A DNA stretch of 64,000 nt from Lama glama. Lineage: Eukaryota. The DNA is taken from NCBI GenBank assembly GCA_028534125.1, contig CM052816.1:71054001-71118000 (forward strand), in the 5' to 3' direction. The notes beneath the pieces are model-generated. The model did not search any database. It was not told where the DNA came from and saw only the letters and a list, made by a program, of their open reading frames with translations. How positions within the stretch are numbered: position 1 is the stretch's first letter; each line of letters starts with the position of its first letter. This document shows, piece by piece, positions 63,431 to 64,000 of the stretch. The translations under genes were made by a program, and so were the position numbers.

Positions 63431-63951
63431 TAGCCTACAAATCCTAATCCTTTAACATAGGTAAAAAATAATTTCAACAGAAAAAGTTAAAAGCAAAACT
63501 GATAAAACTGTTACAAGAAAATACAGTTAACTAAAAGAAATACCAAAAGGGGAAATATCTTCCAAAACACAAATCTCAGAAGTGATAAGGAAAAAAATGT
63601 ATTTCTTTATATAAAAATTAAGAAGAAAAACAACCAACAGATAGTGCTCCCAATATAAAATTAACAACTAACTATAGAAGCAAAAGTACATACCAAGTCA
63701 ATGTTCAGCTTCATTACAGTTTAAACAAGTGAGTTTTTCAAAAAAATATAAAATCATTATACCCCATCAGATTAACACACACACACACACACATTCACAC
63801 ATGCAAACACAAAAAATATGAGAATGGGGATAGAGCAACTACCAGTTATATACAATATTGAATCAATTATCAGTTGATTCAGTCTTTTGAAAGTGCAATT
63901 TGATGATATTGTTTATAATATTTTAAATTTTTTTTATTTGTACAATGTATG

Positions 63952-64000
63952 TTTTTATTGAAGTATAGTCAATTTACAATGCTGTGTCAATTTCTGGTGT
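63952..64000 (-). mobile_element. 3' tip of lineage-specific L1 continuing beyond the window
   Basis: tttttattgaagtatagtcaatttacaatgctgtgtcaatttctggtgt. Confidence 0.85.

Noticed and set aside
1..64000. CRISPR array, tRNA/rRNA, processed pseudogene, NUMT, endogenous non-retroviral element
   Set aside because: I recognised no regularly spaced repeats, structural RNA signatures or protein homology by eye; highly diverged examples cannot be excluded without searches.

Overview
AT-rich, CpG-poor, repeat-dense mammalian (eutherian) non-coding DNA, either intergenic or deep intronic, with three assembly gaps (11483-11982, 33497-33996, 42210-42309). I can identify no protein-coding gene, RNA gene, CRISPR array or prokaryotic system. 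Most listed ORFs are chance ORFs, N-run artefacts or decayed LINE-1/LINE-2 ORF2 fragments. Old elements include MIR, L2, L1M-class LINEs, MaLR/ERVL LTRs (MLT1A-, MLT1D-, MLT1E- and LTR16-like) and hAT DNA transposons (MER115-, MER94-, MER81-, MER33- and MER20/117-like). There are also several copies of a younger lineage-specific L1. Its 3' end, together with the absence of recognisable Alu, B1/B2, Bov-A/BovB, PRE1 or CanSINE elements, suggests a cetartiodactyl, most likely a camelid (inference). The best-supported notable observation is a CpG-rich L1 5'UTR at 11983-12353 (minus strand). A perfect 13-bp target-site duplication brackets this UTR and the 500-N gap, so the gap probably hides a young, possibly full-length L1. 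Weaker leads are a candidate 98-nt exon (20770-20867), a candidate 21-nt microexon (56032-56052) and several repeat-free, CpG-retaining or motif-rich blocks that may be enhancers. Repeat family names come from recalled consensus similarity, not a database search, and boundaries of old repeats are approximate. I do not find support for a previously undescribed biological system.
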